The notes under the pieces are model-generated. The model saw nothing but the letters and a program-made list of their open reading frames with translations. It searched no databases and was not told where the DNA came from. The translations under genes were made by a program, and so were the position numbers. From Vicugna vicugna (taxonomy: Eukaryota): DNA of 64,000 bases. Below are positions 25,031-38,012 of this stretch, one piece after another. Position 1 is the first letter of the stretch. Every line of letters starts with the position of its first letter. The DNA is taken from contig MU057947.1 of NCBI GenBank assembly GCA_013265495.1, positions 320,048-384,047 on the forward strand, in the 5' to 3' direction.

Positions 25031-26899
25031 GCCAAGTCACTGGGTTTTTTGACTCCAACATCCCAGCAAAACTTGTTCTAATGAGCACCATTCTTGCTCC
25101 CAAGTATTCGACCTAAAAAACCAAGAGAAACCAGTTTTGGAGAAAGTGGGCCTGCTGCCTTCCACCCATCAAACCTCCCAGAAGCAGAAGCAAGGGTTTT
25201 CAGGGTGAGAACATCTCCCCAACCACTTAAAGCATCTGCCCCTGCTGGTCTTCAGGCTTTACTTCTTCTACGTGGACCACAGTGGGCGTGCATCAGTTTG
25301 GGAGCCTTAGCCAGTACAGCTAGGGGCCCCAGATGTTAACAAAGACTTGAAAAATAATATGGTTTTTCTTGCCACCCAACTGTCCCAGAGAATCACATTC
25401 TTATTTGGCAAAACTCACAAACCCTTATCTGCAGAGCGCCCTCTTGTGGCCAGCAGGCCCGCACCCAGACCCCTACTCCCAAAACGAGGGTGGGGGGCCC
25501 CAAGGCACAGCACATCCTCCACAACCTGGATTATTTTTTAACCTAAAAGAGGAAGAGATAAAAAGCTATCCCAGCAATTAAAAATCAAAGAGATGGGCAA
25601 TTCGTTTAACATGCTTCTAGATGATTCATCCAAATTCCAATCTGATTAATAGATTAGTGAAAATGCAATGTATGTCTGTTTGCCAAGCCTTCTGTCACAA
25701 AGGGAAAATGAAAAAGGAAAACCCAACTTTTTTAAACTCACCAAAAACAGCCACAGTCAGAAGGGTTAGGAGAGCTCTTTGTCCCTCAGATTGCCAAAAA
25801 AAAGTAACAGACTTTTGCTCTCAATTTTAACGTGCAAAGATACTTTAATACATGTCATTTGTAAACTAATTTCAACAAGCAATGCTTTTAATGCAAAATA
25901 TTTAAATGTGTTTCCATGAACTGAAAACAATGGAGTTTTTGCTGCTTCTTTGAGATAAAATTACAGGATCACACTCCCTGTTAACTGGAACTATGAATTC
26001 AATACATCTGTTTGCCTATTTAAACTCACGTGTGTAAAACTGCTTTCTATCAGCAAATGTATTCAACTTACAAAGTCCTTATTTTCAAAATATGTATTCA
26101 AGAGTATCGCCAAGAAACCTTCCAACACGCCCGAACCCCGCCTGCAGCATTCTGTAACAGCGGTGTCAGGCGGCAGCGGGAGCGGCAGCGGTAATGACTC
26201 GGGTTAGACTGTAGGTTGTAATAAAACTAAGCCCTCAGTGATGCAGTAAGGAGCCGTGAAGGTGACAACAGCTTTTAAGAAACAGAGTATGTTTTTATGT
26301 TTTTAAAATAAGAACAAATGAGTCACTGTCAAAAATGCTTCTTGTGAATAATTATTTGCTATCAACACTCTGTTAAATTAGGATTTTCTCCTTCTGCATG
26401 GGTGATCAAAGAATTGATTAGCTGTCACTTTTAGGTGCTGAGTGACACCTATCTGAGTTAGAAGGGCCTCTTTCGGCTGTTTTGTTTCCATAACTGTAGG
26501 CATTTTGACTAAAATTCTATTCTGAGTCTTTCAGGCTTAATCCCTGAAACTCTGAGCCTGCATTCTAGAAAATACACGCCCAGAACTGTTCTGTCTGAGG
26601 GGAGACACCCGCAGATCTGCAGTGCTCTTATTCCGTATCACAGAAGAGTAGGTCAATAAATCAACTAAAGGTAAAAGTAAAATCTGTAATAACCCGTTAC
26701 CACATCTTCCTCCTCCCACATCGCAGCACATAAAACTTTGTGTCAAAAGGTCTCACATCACGAGAATTAATCAAAAAACTCTTAAAATACTCCATGCACC
26801 TACTTCTGATGGCTAATTTGGCTTCCCTATGGAGAAGCACTAATTTTTTATCTCAATCAATTGGTACAATATTCTTTTCCATCAATCACAGGGGGTGGA

Positions 26900-27340
26900 A
26901 AGCAGTAAAATCCCACCTTTTTATGAGAATAAAGCAAAATTCAGCCAAAAAGAAAAAAACAGTTTCCTACGAAGGAAAGCCAGCTGTAACAATGGAAAAC
27001 AAAGAGAATGCAGGAAGAGGGTGGAGGAGGAGGCAGCAGACGCTTCAGAGGACCCGGGGGAAACCTTACAAATAGCTCCACCAGAGCAGAAGGGATCTCA
27101 GGAGCATCAGAAGGCCAAATGCAGCCGAGAGAAAGAGCCAATAAGAAAGTCAACAAAGTGGCTGGACCAGATGCATCTGACGGGGTGCCTGTGAACAACT
27201 CACACCTTGACAGGGAGGACCGCTGCCGTCGGGAGCAGGCAGACAGAACTTTTCTTTCCCAAGAAATGAAAGGGAAGCGCCCAGCGGGGCTGAGAAAACA
27301 CGGCCTTCATGGAGAGGAAAAGGAAGGAACAGTGCGGGTT
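26900..27340 (+). mobile_element. Possible very old L1/HAL1 ORF1 remnant
   Basis: A-rich purine strand; catctgacggggtgcctg and gaactttctttcccaagaaatgaaag resemble ORF1 'IGVPE' and 'ENFPEL' segments. Confidence 0.35.
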
Positions 27341-27539
27341 AACTTAGGCTCTTCGAAGAAGCCGGGAAAAGCCTGGGGCTGTCAGGCAGCAGGGATGTGT
27401 GCAGCAGCGAGAGCGGGGAGAGAGCAAAGGGCAGGGCTCAGCCAGCCCCACGGCCCAGTGCAGAGCCCACAGGTGGGACGCACCAGCCGCCCCGGCAGCT
27501 CCTCTGCAGCCCAGCGGCGGCCAGAGGCCGTCACATCTG

Positions 27540-27720
27540 TCACAGCTGCCCCACTTCCAAGCCTCCTTATCGCGCCTGCTGCCATCTTGCCCGATTGGCT
27601 CCAGGCCCAGTCAGCCTTCCCGAGACTGACTGAAGGCACAGCCAGGCCCCGCTCCCTCCCGCCCCTGGGGCCCCTGCGCCATCTTCTAGAAGTGACGGTG
27701 GCGTGCTTCACTGCTCCCGT
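27540..27720. promoter_or_regulatory. Promoter-like motif cluster (2x YY1, CCAAT, GC box)
   Basis: gccatctt 27581, gattgg 27593, cccgcccc ~27658, cgccatctt 27677 within CpG-rich sequence. Confidence 0.3.
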
Positions 27721-28046
27721 GGAGGGATGAGACACTCTGACAGCTGGGGACGCATCGCTCCCCACTGGCTTTCCTAGACGCCAGGGCCACAGACCATGTG
27801 CTCCTTCTGGCAGGCTTAAAGGGCCAGGCACCTCAGTGATTGCTCCGAAAATGGAACCAGTGACCCAGCTCCTGCGAGCAATGGACAAAGCAAATAAAAA
27901 TTATTTACTGATAATGCGTGAAGCCGATGGAAGACATGTAAACATTAAATTGGGGGAGAATAAGCTTCACCAATACTTTTTGCTGGGAAAGATGCCTGAC
28001 AAAGCCCTTGTATTGCTGCAGTGAACTACCCACTCACAGCACGGAG

Positions 28047-28064
28047 GGCCAGCAGATGGCTGTG
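28047..28064 (+). promoter_or_regulatory. Candidate CTCF site
   Basis: ggCCAGCAGATGGCtgtg matches the CTCF core CCASYAGRKGGC. Confidence 0.4.
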
Positions 28065-28679
28065 CTTCCCCGGAAAGGTGCGTGGGAGTGCTGTGCTGCT
28101 GGGTGCTTTAAGGCCTTCCAGGAATTCGCATCAGCTCCTTGTACCCTCACAGCACCGCTATGGGGTGAGCTCCATGTCCATTTAAAAAATGTGAAAACTG
28201 AGGTGCAAATGAAAAATCACATGTGGATGTGGATGAAAACCACACCTGGAACATCCAGGCTCCAACTCTGCGTGCCACCCCAAACCGTGTTTCAGCAGAC
28301 GGCTGGGATCTTAGGTCCTGCTGGACACCAAAGAAGGGAAGCCCTTCTGGAGCAAGGCTTTTGAGAAAGCCAGGGTGGCCAGATTTAGCTCTTGAAACTA
28401 CAGGGTGCTCAGCTAAATAGGCATCTCAGATCAACAGCAAATCATTTTCAGTGCAGGCCTATCCCACGTAGCGCACGGGACATACTCATGCAAGAAATGA
28501 CTCGCTGTTTACATGAAAGACAGATTTAACTGCGTCCTGGATATTCTATCTGGCATCCCTAGTGAAGGCCAAAATCAGTTCCTCCAGCCCTTCTTCTGAC
28601 CCGAGGGGAAGCTCTGGGAACAGGCAAGAACCGCCCAGCGGCACACCCTTCCCGAGGCCGCACTGCACGGCGTTTCACC

Positions 28680-28860
28680 TCTTTGGAAGCACTTTCTCCC
28701 GTTATCTCATGGAACCCTCCCTACAGAACCAGGGCACAGGCATCGGCATCCCCGCATCGTGGACAAAGGAAACTGCCGCTCAGTCTGAAGTAACTTGTAA
28801 GAGCTGGCATCAGAGCCGGGGCACAAGCCCCGAGTGTGAGTCCAGGGCTCTGTGTTTAAA
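28680..28860 (-). mobile_element. MIR SINE fragment
   Basis: ttatctcatggaaccctc...ggacaaaggaaactgccgctcag...aagtaacttg. Confidence 0.65.
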
Positions 28861-30361
28861 GCGAGAAATCACGCCCTGACCAGTCTTCAGCCCCTTGACT
28901 CCTTTTATAGCTGCAATTTCCTTTCCACATTTTGAAGCCAAAAGCATGAAAATGTGAACTACCGAGGTGATGCCGACATCACTGGTGGACGCGGCCTGTA
29001 AAGCAGAGGACCCTGCAGCTAAAGGCAGGCGGGGATTACACAGAGAGCGCAGGGCCCAACACTCCTCTGAAAGCCCAAAAGCTCAGATTAGAAATACTTT
29101 GAAAAAAAAATCTTAAATGGATAGACTCATTATTCTCATTTCCATGTTCCAGATCTATTAATCTAGCCTCTAAAGTAATCCCTGTCCAGGGTGCACAACT
29201 GTATCAAATACTCCTGCTATCAAAGCTTTATTTCCTTTAAAAGGCAAAGATAATATGGGCTGGGTATTCTTTTCCTGCACAGAATTCATTTAAGTCAGAA
29301 ATGTTCTCCAATGGCTTCTTTTTTTTTTTTTAACTGCTCTCCAAGTTCACGTGCACCCTGATCCAAGAAGATGTAAATTACCACTGGGGGAAGGGGGCAA
29401 GACTGCTCCCCCCAGGACACAAACACCGGGATTTCAGGTCCCTGATACTTTTATTTTGCTGCTAATAAAATTGGGTGGTTAAACCTCCATGGTAGAGTCT
29501 GAATCTAACACCAGAGTTAAGCTGTAACACTAGCAAAAACTCTATTAAAATGTTGCCCCAGAGACTGTAAATTTGAATTCTGGCAATGCTGGTCAGCTTG
29601 GGCCTGAGAACTACAGAGAGGAAGTTCCTAAGTCTGGCTGAACAGGCCACACAGAAAGAATTTTTTTTCCCTTTAGACAAATCACCTTCTAGAGAAGAAA
29701 AATATAAAGAGGTAAGAAAGGCCTCAAAATTCTGAGCTGCAGAGAAGCAGAGTCCGAGTCTCATAACGTACCTGGGCTTGGCCCCGGACAGGTGGGCTCC
29801 ACGGACGAAGACAGATGGCAAGAGCGGAATACAGACGATGCTCTGCAATTTGAACTTAAACGTGTTTCAGTAGAAGAGCCGCCTTTAGAAAGGTGAACGT
29901 AAGAAATCGATTCAGTTTGGGGAGAAACACAGGATGCTGGGCACAGCCCTGACCTGAGGTGTGGCACAGCGGGGTTCTAGAGCCCCTGCCTTCGGTGCGC
30001 CGGCTGCTCACCATCTGAGCCACGGCCTCCTCACCCTCTAGACACAAATTACAGCCCAAGGTGATGAGAGGGCCACAACCTCAGACAGTACACACATGCA
30101 TCCAAACGCCTGGGGAATCGCAACAGGCCTGAGAGAAAGCTGTTTACGAACAGGGCAAGTGGTCTAAATTCAGTGTTTGCAGAATTCACTTACTTATTAT
30201 TAATGCTAGAAACTTCCTTTAAAAATAGATTAGGGAGAAAAAGGCAGTAACTTAGACCAGTAACGAGTTAAAAACTTTATTATGAAAAATAATATTTGTA
30301 ATACCAATGAAATGTCAAGAATTACAAGAATAAACCAAAAATCAGTAGACGAGGCTTGTTT

Positions 30362-30490
30362 GGGGGAGGGTACAGCTCAGTGGCAGAGCACATGCTTAGC
30401 ATGCACGAGGTCCTGGGTTCAGTCCCCAGCATCTCCGTTAAATAAATAAATAATTACCTACCCCCCCCCAATTTTTTTAAGTTTAAAAAA
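30362..30490 (+). mobile_element. tRNA-Ala-derived SINE (camelid Vic-1-like)
   Basis: ggggagggtacagctcagtggcagagcacatgcttagcatgcacgaggtcctgggttcagtccccagc, then (taaa)n and a tail; TSD-like tagacgaggctt 30346 / tagactaggctt 30491. Confidence 0.92.
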
Positions 30491-33087
30491 TAGACTAGGC
30501 TTACATTTTATATGCATAACTGATAACACAAAAAATTAGTAAAAAAAAACTATTAGAACTGGTGAAAATTTCAGACCTACTGTAACAGACATGAAAACTG
30601 ATACCCAGGATAAACTGGCAGCCAGGTTATCAGACTTCCTTGGCCTCTGAGTGAAGGCACTCGCAATCCTGGTGTTACTGCGTGCTTGCAGAACGACTGT
30701 TCAAGGTACAATTTGCTAACACAATCAATGAATTTAGCGAAGATGTGTTTAAGAAGAGAGCATCTGAGGATTAGGAGCAGGTTTTAGAAGTGAAATGGAG
30801 GATAAGCTAACAAATCTATCAGAAATAAGATCAACAACTTAAAATTTAAACCAGTCGTGAGCATATATTTGAACTTGGATATGCAGAAATGGTGCACAAC
30901 TCCCTGAGGTTCAGCAATACACTCCGAGGATCAACAGCCCTATAGACAGTTAAATTACTCCGAAAGCCAGGGAATTTATCAAACATGAATTTCAAAGTGG
31001 ATTCTGGCCTCCAGGAAAAATGGAAGTGCCCATTAATGTACATACAAAATAAATGTTGTCTGCAAGCTCTTCATACTATTTATTTTTTGGACCACAAATT
31101 GGCTAAAGGTTTTTCATTTACATAAAGTGGGACAAAGAGCCCTCTCTCTTTGTTGGAAGTAATCTGGGTCCAAGTTGTGCAAAACTATTTACAAAGACTA
31201 AAACTGTAACCACTGCCCTGACAGGTACAACACAAAGAAATAATTTGCCCCACATCACATCCCTGGGTGCATTATTTATAACCAGCTCCAATTTGAGAAT
31301 GTTAACATTAAATAGGTTTCACACGTGGAGGAAATGTGCACAAACCACCATATATTATGAATGAAGATTATACCAGCTCTGCAAAGTCTGCTAACCCGGA
31401 CGGGCTGGGGCTGCACGGACGCCTCAGTGAGCAGCATCCTTAGGAACTGAGACAGTACTTAGCTCGTAACCTCAATATTTATTTTATTGATCAAAAGAAA
31501 TGTTAACTTCATCTACGTCTGACAGATAATTTATCAAAAAATGTTTTAAATAAGAGAATATTTCACAGCTAAGGTGGCTTGGGAAATGAGCGCTGGCCTT
31601 TGGGCCTGTGCTGTCCCCAAGGAGAGGCGTGGAGTGTCACTGGCGAGACGTCTGAGCCCCCACCCAAGGGAAGGAGGGAAGACAGGCCGGCTGGGCTGGG
31701 CTGGAGCAGGTATGGAGTGCGGCTTCCCGCCACACAGTGCCTCCACGTGTCCCGCCATTTCCTCGCCCAAGAAAAGTTGGGATCCAAAAGAATACGACTC
31801 TTCCTTCTGAAGATGTCCCAAGCACTTGGAAATGTGTCCTCAAGAGCCCTTAGCCTTCACACACTTTGGTCCCCATCAGAGAAAGTCAGTCTGACTTCTC
31901 TCCCTCACTCACCCACTTCCATTGTTTTCTGTAAACAGAGTCCTTCTCATTGAACGTTACTATCCTCCCTCTAATCCCATAGCTGCCAGCCGACAGCTGA
32001 CTGGCTGGCAAAGCCGCAAACCCCGTGCGTGCCGAACGTGCCAGCCCCGCACCTCTCACACCTAATGGCGCCAGCAGTCGGCAGTCATCTGCCCTCGCAT
32101 CGCAAGCCACAGTGCCTGCCTACCCCGGGGACTTTGAGGTCTCCCCAGATGTCTTTATAGCGTCACCCTCCTACATGCAGAAGAGGGGAAAGGGGGCGAA
32201 CTCTTGGGGCCTGCCTTTCCCACGCATGGGGAACAAAGTGATTTGGTGTGGTGCTCTGAGATGCTCCTTCTGACCTGAGAGTCCTGGAAATCCCGTGGTT
32301 TTCAACGTTCACGTCCATCTCCCCCCGGCACGTGAGTGTTCAAGGTAGTAGCCCCTTTTCAAAGACGGGGAGACAAAGCATAAGGCTTACAGGCATCGTC
32401 ACAAGACGCCAGAAGCCGCGGCGGTCGGCTGGCTGACAGGCCAGCGGCAGGCAGCGTGGCTGCCACCACCTCCACCAGCCCTGCTGCTGCCTGTCTGGTT
32501 TGGAGGTCCTTCTTGGCTCTCATCACCTGCAAGAGTTTCAAATGGATCTCCTTCCCAGGGTGCCTAGACCTACAGAACTGGGGACGTTTCACAGGGATGG
32601 GCGGGAACCCAAGAGCACACTGCACCCCGAGTGATCACGGCTCCCTCTCCAAGGCCAGCACAGAGCTTCCCTGGACTTGCCCACCCAGACCTGGGCTGAC
32701 CCTACGATGGCCACACTGCAAATCCACCCCCTCATCAGCAGAATCTCAAGCAGGAACTGACAGTTTGGGTTCCCTCGTGACCTACATTGGAGGGTGGCAG
32801 CAAGGCCCCTCAGCCTCCTGCACAGAGAGGGGCCCGGACAATGGCCTGCCTCTCACCTCCCAGCCCACCCTGCACCCACCAGAGGCTCGGGGCACCCTGT
32901 GAAGCCATGTCCTCTGCCCCTCCCCGCAGCAGGACTGAACCATGTTGTTCAGTTGGGTCTGATGACTCCTCCCGAGCCTGGGGACCACGGCCTCCCTGAG
33001 TGTCCAGGAAGCCAGACCAGGCAGTGCCGCATGCAAACCCACAGCGAGCGGGCGTCTCGGCCCTCAGCCACCCCGCTAACTCGCCTG

Positions 33088-33402
33088 CATCAGTCTGCTG
33101 GGGCTGCGTATCTCAGTGCCCCCTGGCTGGTGTCTCCTGAGGCCTCTCTCCTTGGCTTGGAATGGCCACCTTCCCACGTCCTCGCCTGGCCCTCCCTCTG
33201 TGCGCGTCTGTGTCCTCATCACCTCTTCTTACCAGGACCCCAGTCCTGCTGGGTTAGTCACCCTGGACGAGGGCCCACCCCTCGTACCACCCCATTTTAC
33301 CTTAATTACCGCTCTAAAGGCCCATCCTCAAATGCGGCCGTCCTCCGAGGACCTGGCAAGACTTCAGCACGTGAACTGAGGGGACACAGTGCAGCCTATA
33401 GC
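33088..33402 (-). mobile_element. MaLR LTR (MLT1A-like)
   Basis: ctcctgaggcctctctccttggcttg...tgtgtcctcatcacctcttctta...ccttaattacc...gacttcagcacgtgaa...gggacacagtgcagcc. Confidence 0.85.
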
Positions 33403-33569
33403 TGCACCGACCCTGGCTTCCTGCTCCCTCTCTGGAAGGTTCTCGATGCTACAGAGAATTTATCACCAAACTGGCTTCTCTCAATTGGCAGCAGAGAAAT
33501 GACAAGTGATAATACCACAGCTACGGGAGGAACTGGACGGAATTCAGCCCCAGAACGAAAACGACAACC

Positions 33570-33775
33570 TGGTGCAGAGCATTTCACACACAGAGCTCTC
33601 CATGTGCGCCGGAGCCTCCGATCCTCCAACCCTCTCTGGAAGGGAGGCTGGGGAGGTATTAATCAATGAACACAGATTAATTTATGAGATGACGAGATGC
33701 AGGGTAAGTTGCCCAAGGTCACACAGCTAATGACGGCCCAGTCTTGAGACGCCAAGAACATATTCCTTCCACTAG
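33570..33775 (-). mobile_element. MIR SINE fragment
   Basis: gggtaagttgcccaaggtcacacagctaatg is the MIR core signature. Confidence 0.75.
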
Positions 33776-34839
33776 CCCTCGTGGTCCCCTGTGCAATACA
33801 GGGACGCCTGGGGTACGACTTCACAGCGGTCCCTTCCAGTTAAAGACGTTCATCATCTTGCATAAGTTATGACCCCAGCCTTCCCACAAGAAGATCGTAT
33901 CACAACAAAAAACACACATCGTGCAGGTGGCTAACATGATTTATTAAATTTTCTCAATTTCACGTATTAGGAAGTTCCTCCACACAGGAAAATTTCCTCA
34001 ATATTGAAAACATATGTACATAGGACAAAGCTCAGGGTAAAAACAAGGTTTATTATAACACATCACACATAATACATGTTTTTTTAACCAAGTCTGCATG
34101 AACTTTCCACATTAATCAAAAGTGAATGCTGCATGATTCTGTATAATTAACCAGGAAGTCATATTACAAGTGATAAATATCACAGACAATAAAGTGAAGT
34201 GAACGAATATTGACCTTAAGTGCTCATTAATAATGCAAGGTTTCTGATGGCCCACAATGCAATTATTACTCAGTTAATTGAAGGGTCAAGTTTCCCAAAG
34301 ATTAATAATTAGACTTACAGTGGCCTGTTCATCTGAGGTTTCAGAAATGCTAAAACAGGCCCTGTCGGGTTCCTTAGTATCTGAATCACAACCTTAGCCC
34401 TTTGATTTCCTGCTGCCCTTGCAAAGCTGTGGACCCGAGACAAGGAAGTGCGTTCCATGAACCCTGAGGTGGTTCAACTGTCGCTAGCAAAGACGTGCTT
34501 AAGACTCACGACAGACACTCGAACCTTGGCTCTGGGAGCGAGGGGCCATCTCAACCACATCTGGAGGGGAGCAGCTGGACAGACAACAAGCCAACACCCG
34601 TCTGCCCCTAGACACAGGTTCTGTGGCCCTCCCAGCGCTCAGCACCTCCAGGATGAACACTGCCCCCCAAGATTACAACAGCACCTAAAGAAATCCACAG
34701 AACTACTTTGTATTCACAAGACGTGAGAAAGATGATGACATATATCCTTGCCAGTCAAAACGTTCCATCTCCTTTTCTGCCCTTCTGGCTAGTAAGCTCC
34801 TCCGGGACCCAAACAGATTCAGAACATCACTACCCCTGT

Positions 34840-35180
34840 GGCTGTCTCACGTCTGCACAGTAGCGGTGAGGACCCTCCAAGCCGGACCTCGTGCCACCTA
34901 CTCTGTTCAGGAGCCCGCATCTGCCTGTCCCAAGCTTTCCTGAGAATGGACCCCTTCCTCCTTCCCTCACTGCCCCTTCACCCTCATCCATTCCTTGGAG
35001 TTTGCTTAACTACCACGTGACCCAAGCCCCAACTAGCCTCTTCTTCTGTCCCCAGGAGCACCCGACACTACGGCCTCTGCTTCGCGGCAGTGACGCAGCC
35101 AGCTGGCTGGATCTTAGACCCAGGTCTCAGCGCCCTTCCTTCTCCCTGTACACTGAAACCTACTTGTGGGCTGGAGCTGG
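34840..35180 (+). mobile_element. L2 LINE fragment
   Basis: Pyrimidine-rich ccccttcctccttccctcactgccccttcac...cttctccctgtacac. Confidence 0.45.
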
Positions 35181-37899
35181 GTGACTCTCACCCTGTCTTC
35201 CACTGGCCCTGGCCCGGTGCCCTGCCCACAGCAGAGGTGAAGGGCGTAGTGGGCACCAGGGCCCCAGCCCGGATGGGCTCCCCTAGGGAGCCCAGGGGGA
35301 GCAGAAGATGCCCTCCCAGGCGAGCTGGAGACAGCTCGGGACTTGAGGGTAGCCCCGAGCTGGAATCAACCTCAATGTCCAGCATGAGGGACTGGTTTCA
35401 CACGCATGGCGTGCACACTCGCGTCTAGTGCGTATAAAACAGCCTCCTCAGTGCGAACACAACCCGACGAGAACACGTGAGGACAGAGGACAGACTGGGA
35501 TGCAAACCCGCTCACGGTGGTTACGACCGCGGGGTGGGACCCCAGGTGACCTCTTCTACTTTGTAATCCTGCGTTTCTGTATGTTCCAGATTTTCTAAAA
35601 TGAACACACAGTGTATGCCGGGCAGGGTAGGGGTGGGTAGGGTAGGATTTGCCCTTGGCTCTGTCTCGGCCACAGGAGTCATTACAAAATTGCCATGAAC
35701 TGCTGTGCTCTAAGCCAAAGTGCACTTGGCAGCCAAGGATCCAGAGGAGAGGACGCACCAGGACCGTCCCCAGGCCTCCAGCACGAGTTAGAGCAGGCTT
35801 TCCAAGGACAAATGAAATACAGAGGCATCTCGCAGTCAGCAAGGCCAAGCGTGCACGTCCAGACCCGCCGGCCTCCTTCCTCCGCCTCCTCCCCCTCTGC
35901 AGCCCTGCCGTCCTCAGCCCAGAGTCCAAATCCAAGCCAGAAGTCCCACGATGAGTATAGGGGCCTCCTCCTCTGTCACCACTCATCCCCATCCCTGGCC
36001 CCCCTCCTCGAGGGCACCCACATTCCTCTGCCAGATGTGAACCTAAGCCCAAAAGCACTGGCCTCAGGCACCTCTCTCCACACGCACCGCCCCCACACTT
36101 GGGAACCTCAGGTCCCCGTGGAGGTGGAGGTGAAAGGAGTGACCCAGAGGTGACAACTCCTCAGCCTGTGACCAATCCCTTGGGCCACCCAGTCCCCTTT
36201 GTTTACAGTTTCTATCAGAAGAACCTGCTGTGAATTTTCACTCTGCCCTCATCCACCAGAGCTCGTCTCCCACGTACACACCTCCACCACGGGGGCCTGA
36301 GACCTCAGCCCACTCTGAAAAGCCGGCGGTGCTTTGCAGAAGCCCTCATGGGGCAGAAGAGGCCCAGCTGATCTTTGGGGTGCAAATGGGGACCCCTCTT
36401 TGGTGACACGGAGCACTCCTGTGTCCATCAGTAACATCAGATTTCAAGCCCAAACCAGACCAGGCTAAGTGGCACCCTGGCAGCACTACAGTTTATGTGT
36501 TGTTTTTATTTCCTTTACTTGTCTTTCAGTGTAAACAGTCCATGTTGTTCTAAGAGGTCACTTTTATGTGCTGGAGCACCACCAAACTATTTAGGTTTAA
36601 AAATGACACTACTGTTTAAGACCCAGTAATTTTCAGAACCCGTGATTTACTGCGGCGGCTCTCTGTAAGACGCATTTCATACCTTCAAGAAGAACCAGGC
36701 AAAGCGTTAAATAAACATGAAGTCTGTGCCTTGTTTTCTTTCCAAAAGTGCAAACACTGTTACTCTAATGATTAAATACCGCTTAACACACAACCAAGTG
36801 ACTATTTCACAGTTGCTTCTTTCCCGTGGCTTCATTTTCTCTATTAATTATTTTGTGTTCGGACAAAGACTTTAATTAGGAGTCATAAAGGGTTTCTGAA
36901 GAGTGAATAAGTAGTTCCACCCGCATTAAACTGATAATAAACAGACATTTCTGAAACAAGGAGCTGCCCACGTGAAAGCCTTAACCAAGCCTGCATCTAT
37001 TAACCGCTAACGAAACTCAGCCTCATGAAGCATTGTTTGGGGATGTTACGTGACAGTTAAAATGATTCAGATTGCCTTTAGGTCCTGAGAGAGGAAATAA
37101 ATTAATTGAAGTTTGGTGGATATTAAAGGCTGAAACTTGCTTTGGCATGTGAAAAATCCAACCAATATTATCTTAAGCTCCTCACACTGATTATTAAAAA
37201 TTGCTTGATTCTTTGACCTGACAGTATGAAAGCAAAAGAATGTAAATAGAATGGCTTTTTAAGGACAAGGCAAATGTATGCACACTTGATTTCAGCGAAT
37301 CTGGAAAAAAAGGAAACACAGAAGGTTAATTCTGCCCGTTAAGCTAAAACTCTACTCTCTGCTCTCTGGCACAGAAACTGCATTGTCTCCCATGAAGGCT
37401 CCGAGAAGCCCTGCCTCATGCTGGAGAGGGCCTTCCTTAGCGACTTGCGCTCAGAGGGCTCCATCTGAAACACCCACGCCGTTTCCCTTCCCCACATGCT
37501 CATCTGAGACGCCTGGCCCCTCTGCGGCCGTCCACAGTGCGTGCACGGAGGGCCTGTGGGTGGGCGTGTGTCTACCCGTATTCTCAGCCAATCCTGCAGG
37601 CTTACCTTGAACCTGGCACCATCAGATTTGCCACCGCTGGGCAGGTGCTGTTTTCTGGCTTAGGTCTGAACTCATCCTTAAACAGTGTCTCATCCGAGAA
37701 GTCTTCAGTGTTGGGGAAGGTGGGTCATCCCCCATCTCACCTTGAGGGCTCAGCACAGCACAGGGCACCTGCCCAGGGTACTACTGTCCACCCTCCAGGC
37801 CAATTCGATGCCTCCCCTGCATGCCCCAAGCCCCACCGCTCACCCACACACACCCCACCCCCACTCACTGCAGCATCCACACTGACCCTTGGTGTGGCC

Positions 37900-38012
37900 A
37901 TGTGGCCACCCCACACTCGCCTACAAACCCCTTTAGAGTGGAGATCCTGCCTCAGTAACCTGCGGACCCAGCTCCGCACAGAGGTGGTGCCAATAAAAAT
38001 GTGTGAAATGAA
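37900..38012 (+). mobile_element. L2 3' terminus
   Basis: gcacagaggtggtgccaataaaaatgtgtgaaatgaa resembles the L2 end. Confidence 0.55.

Noticed and set aside
27008..27730. 240-aa ORF
   Set aside because: Spans a probable L1-ORF1 remnant and a GC-rich patch; no recognisable domain
30362..30436. tRNA-Ala(AGC)-like gene
   Set aside because: Has an AT-rich SINE tail, a TSD-like flank and a diverged sister copy at 9.3 kb; it is a SINE, not a tRNA gene
32794..33669. Longest ORF in the track (291 aa)
   Set aside because: Runs through an MLT1 LTR and a MIR, starts at a non-ATG codon, and has GC-driven composition with no domain
35372..36058. 228-aa minus-strand ORF
   Set aside because: GC-rich, G/R-biased composition, no splice or homology support
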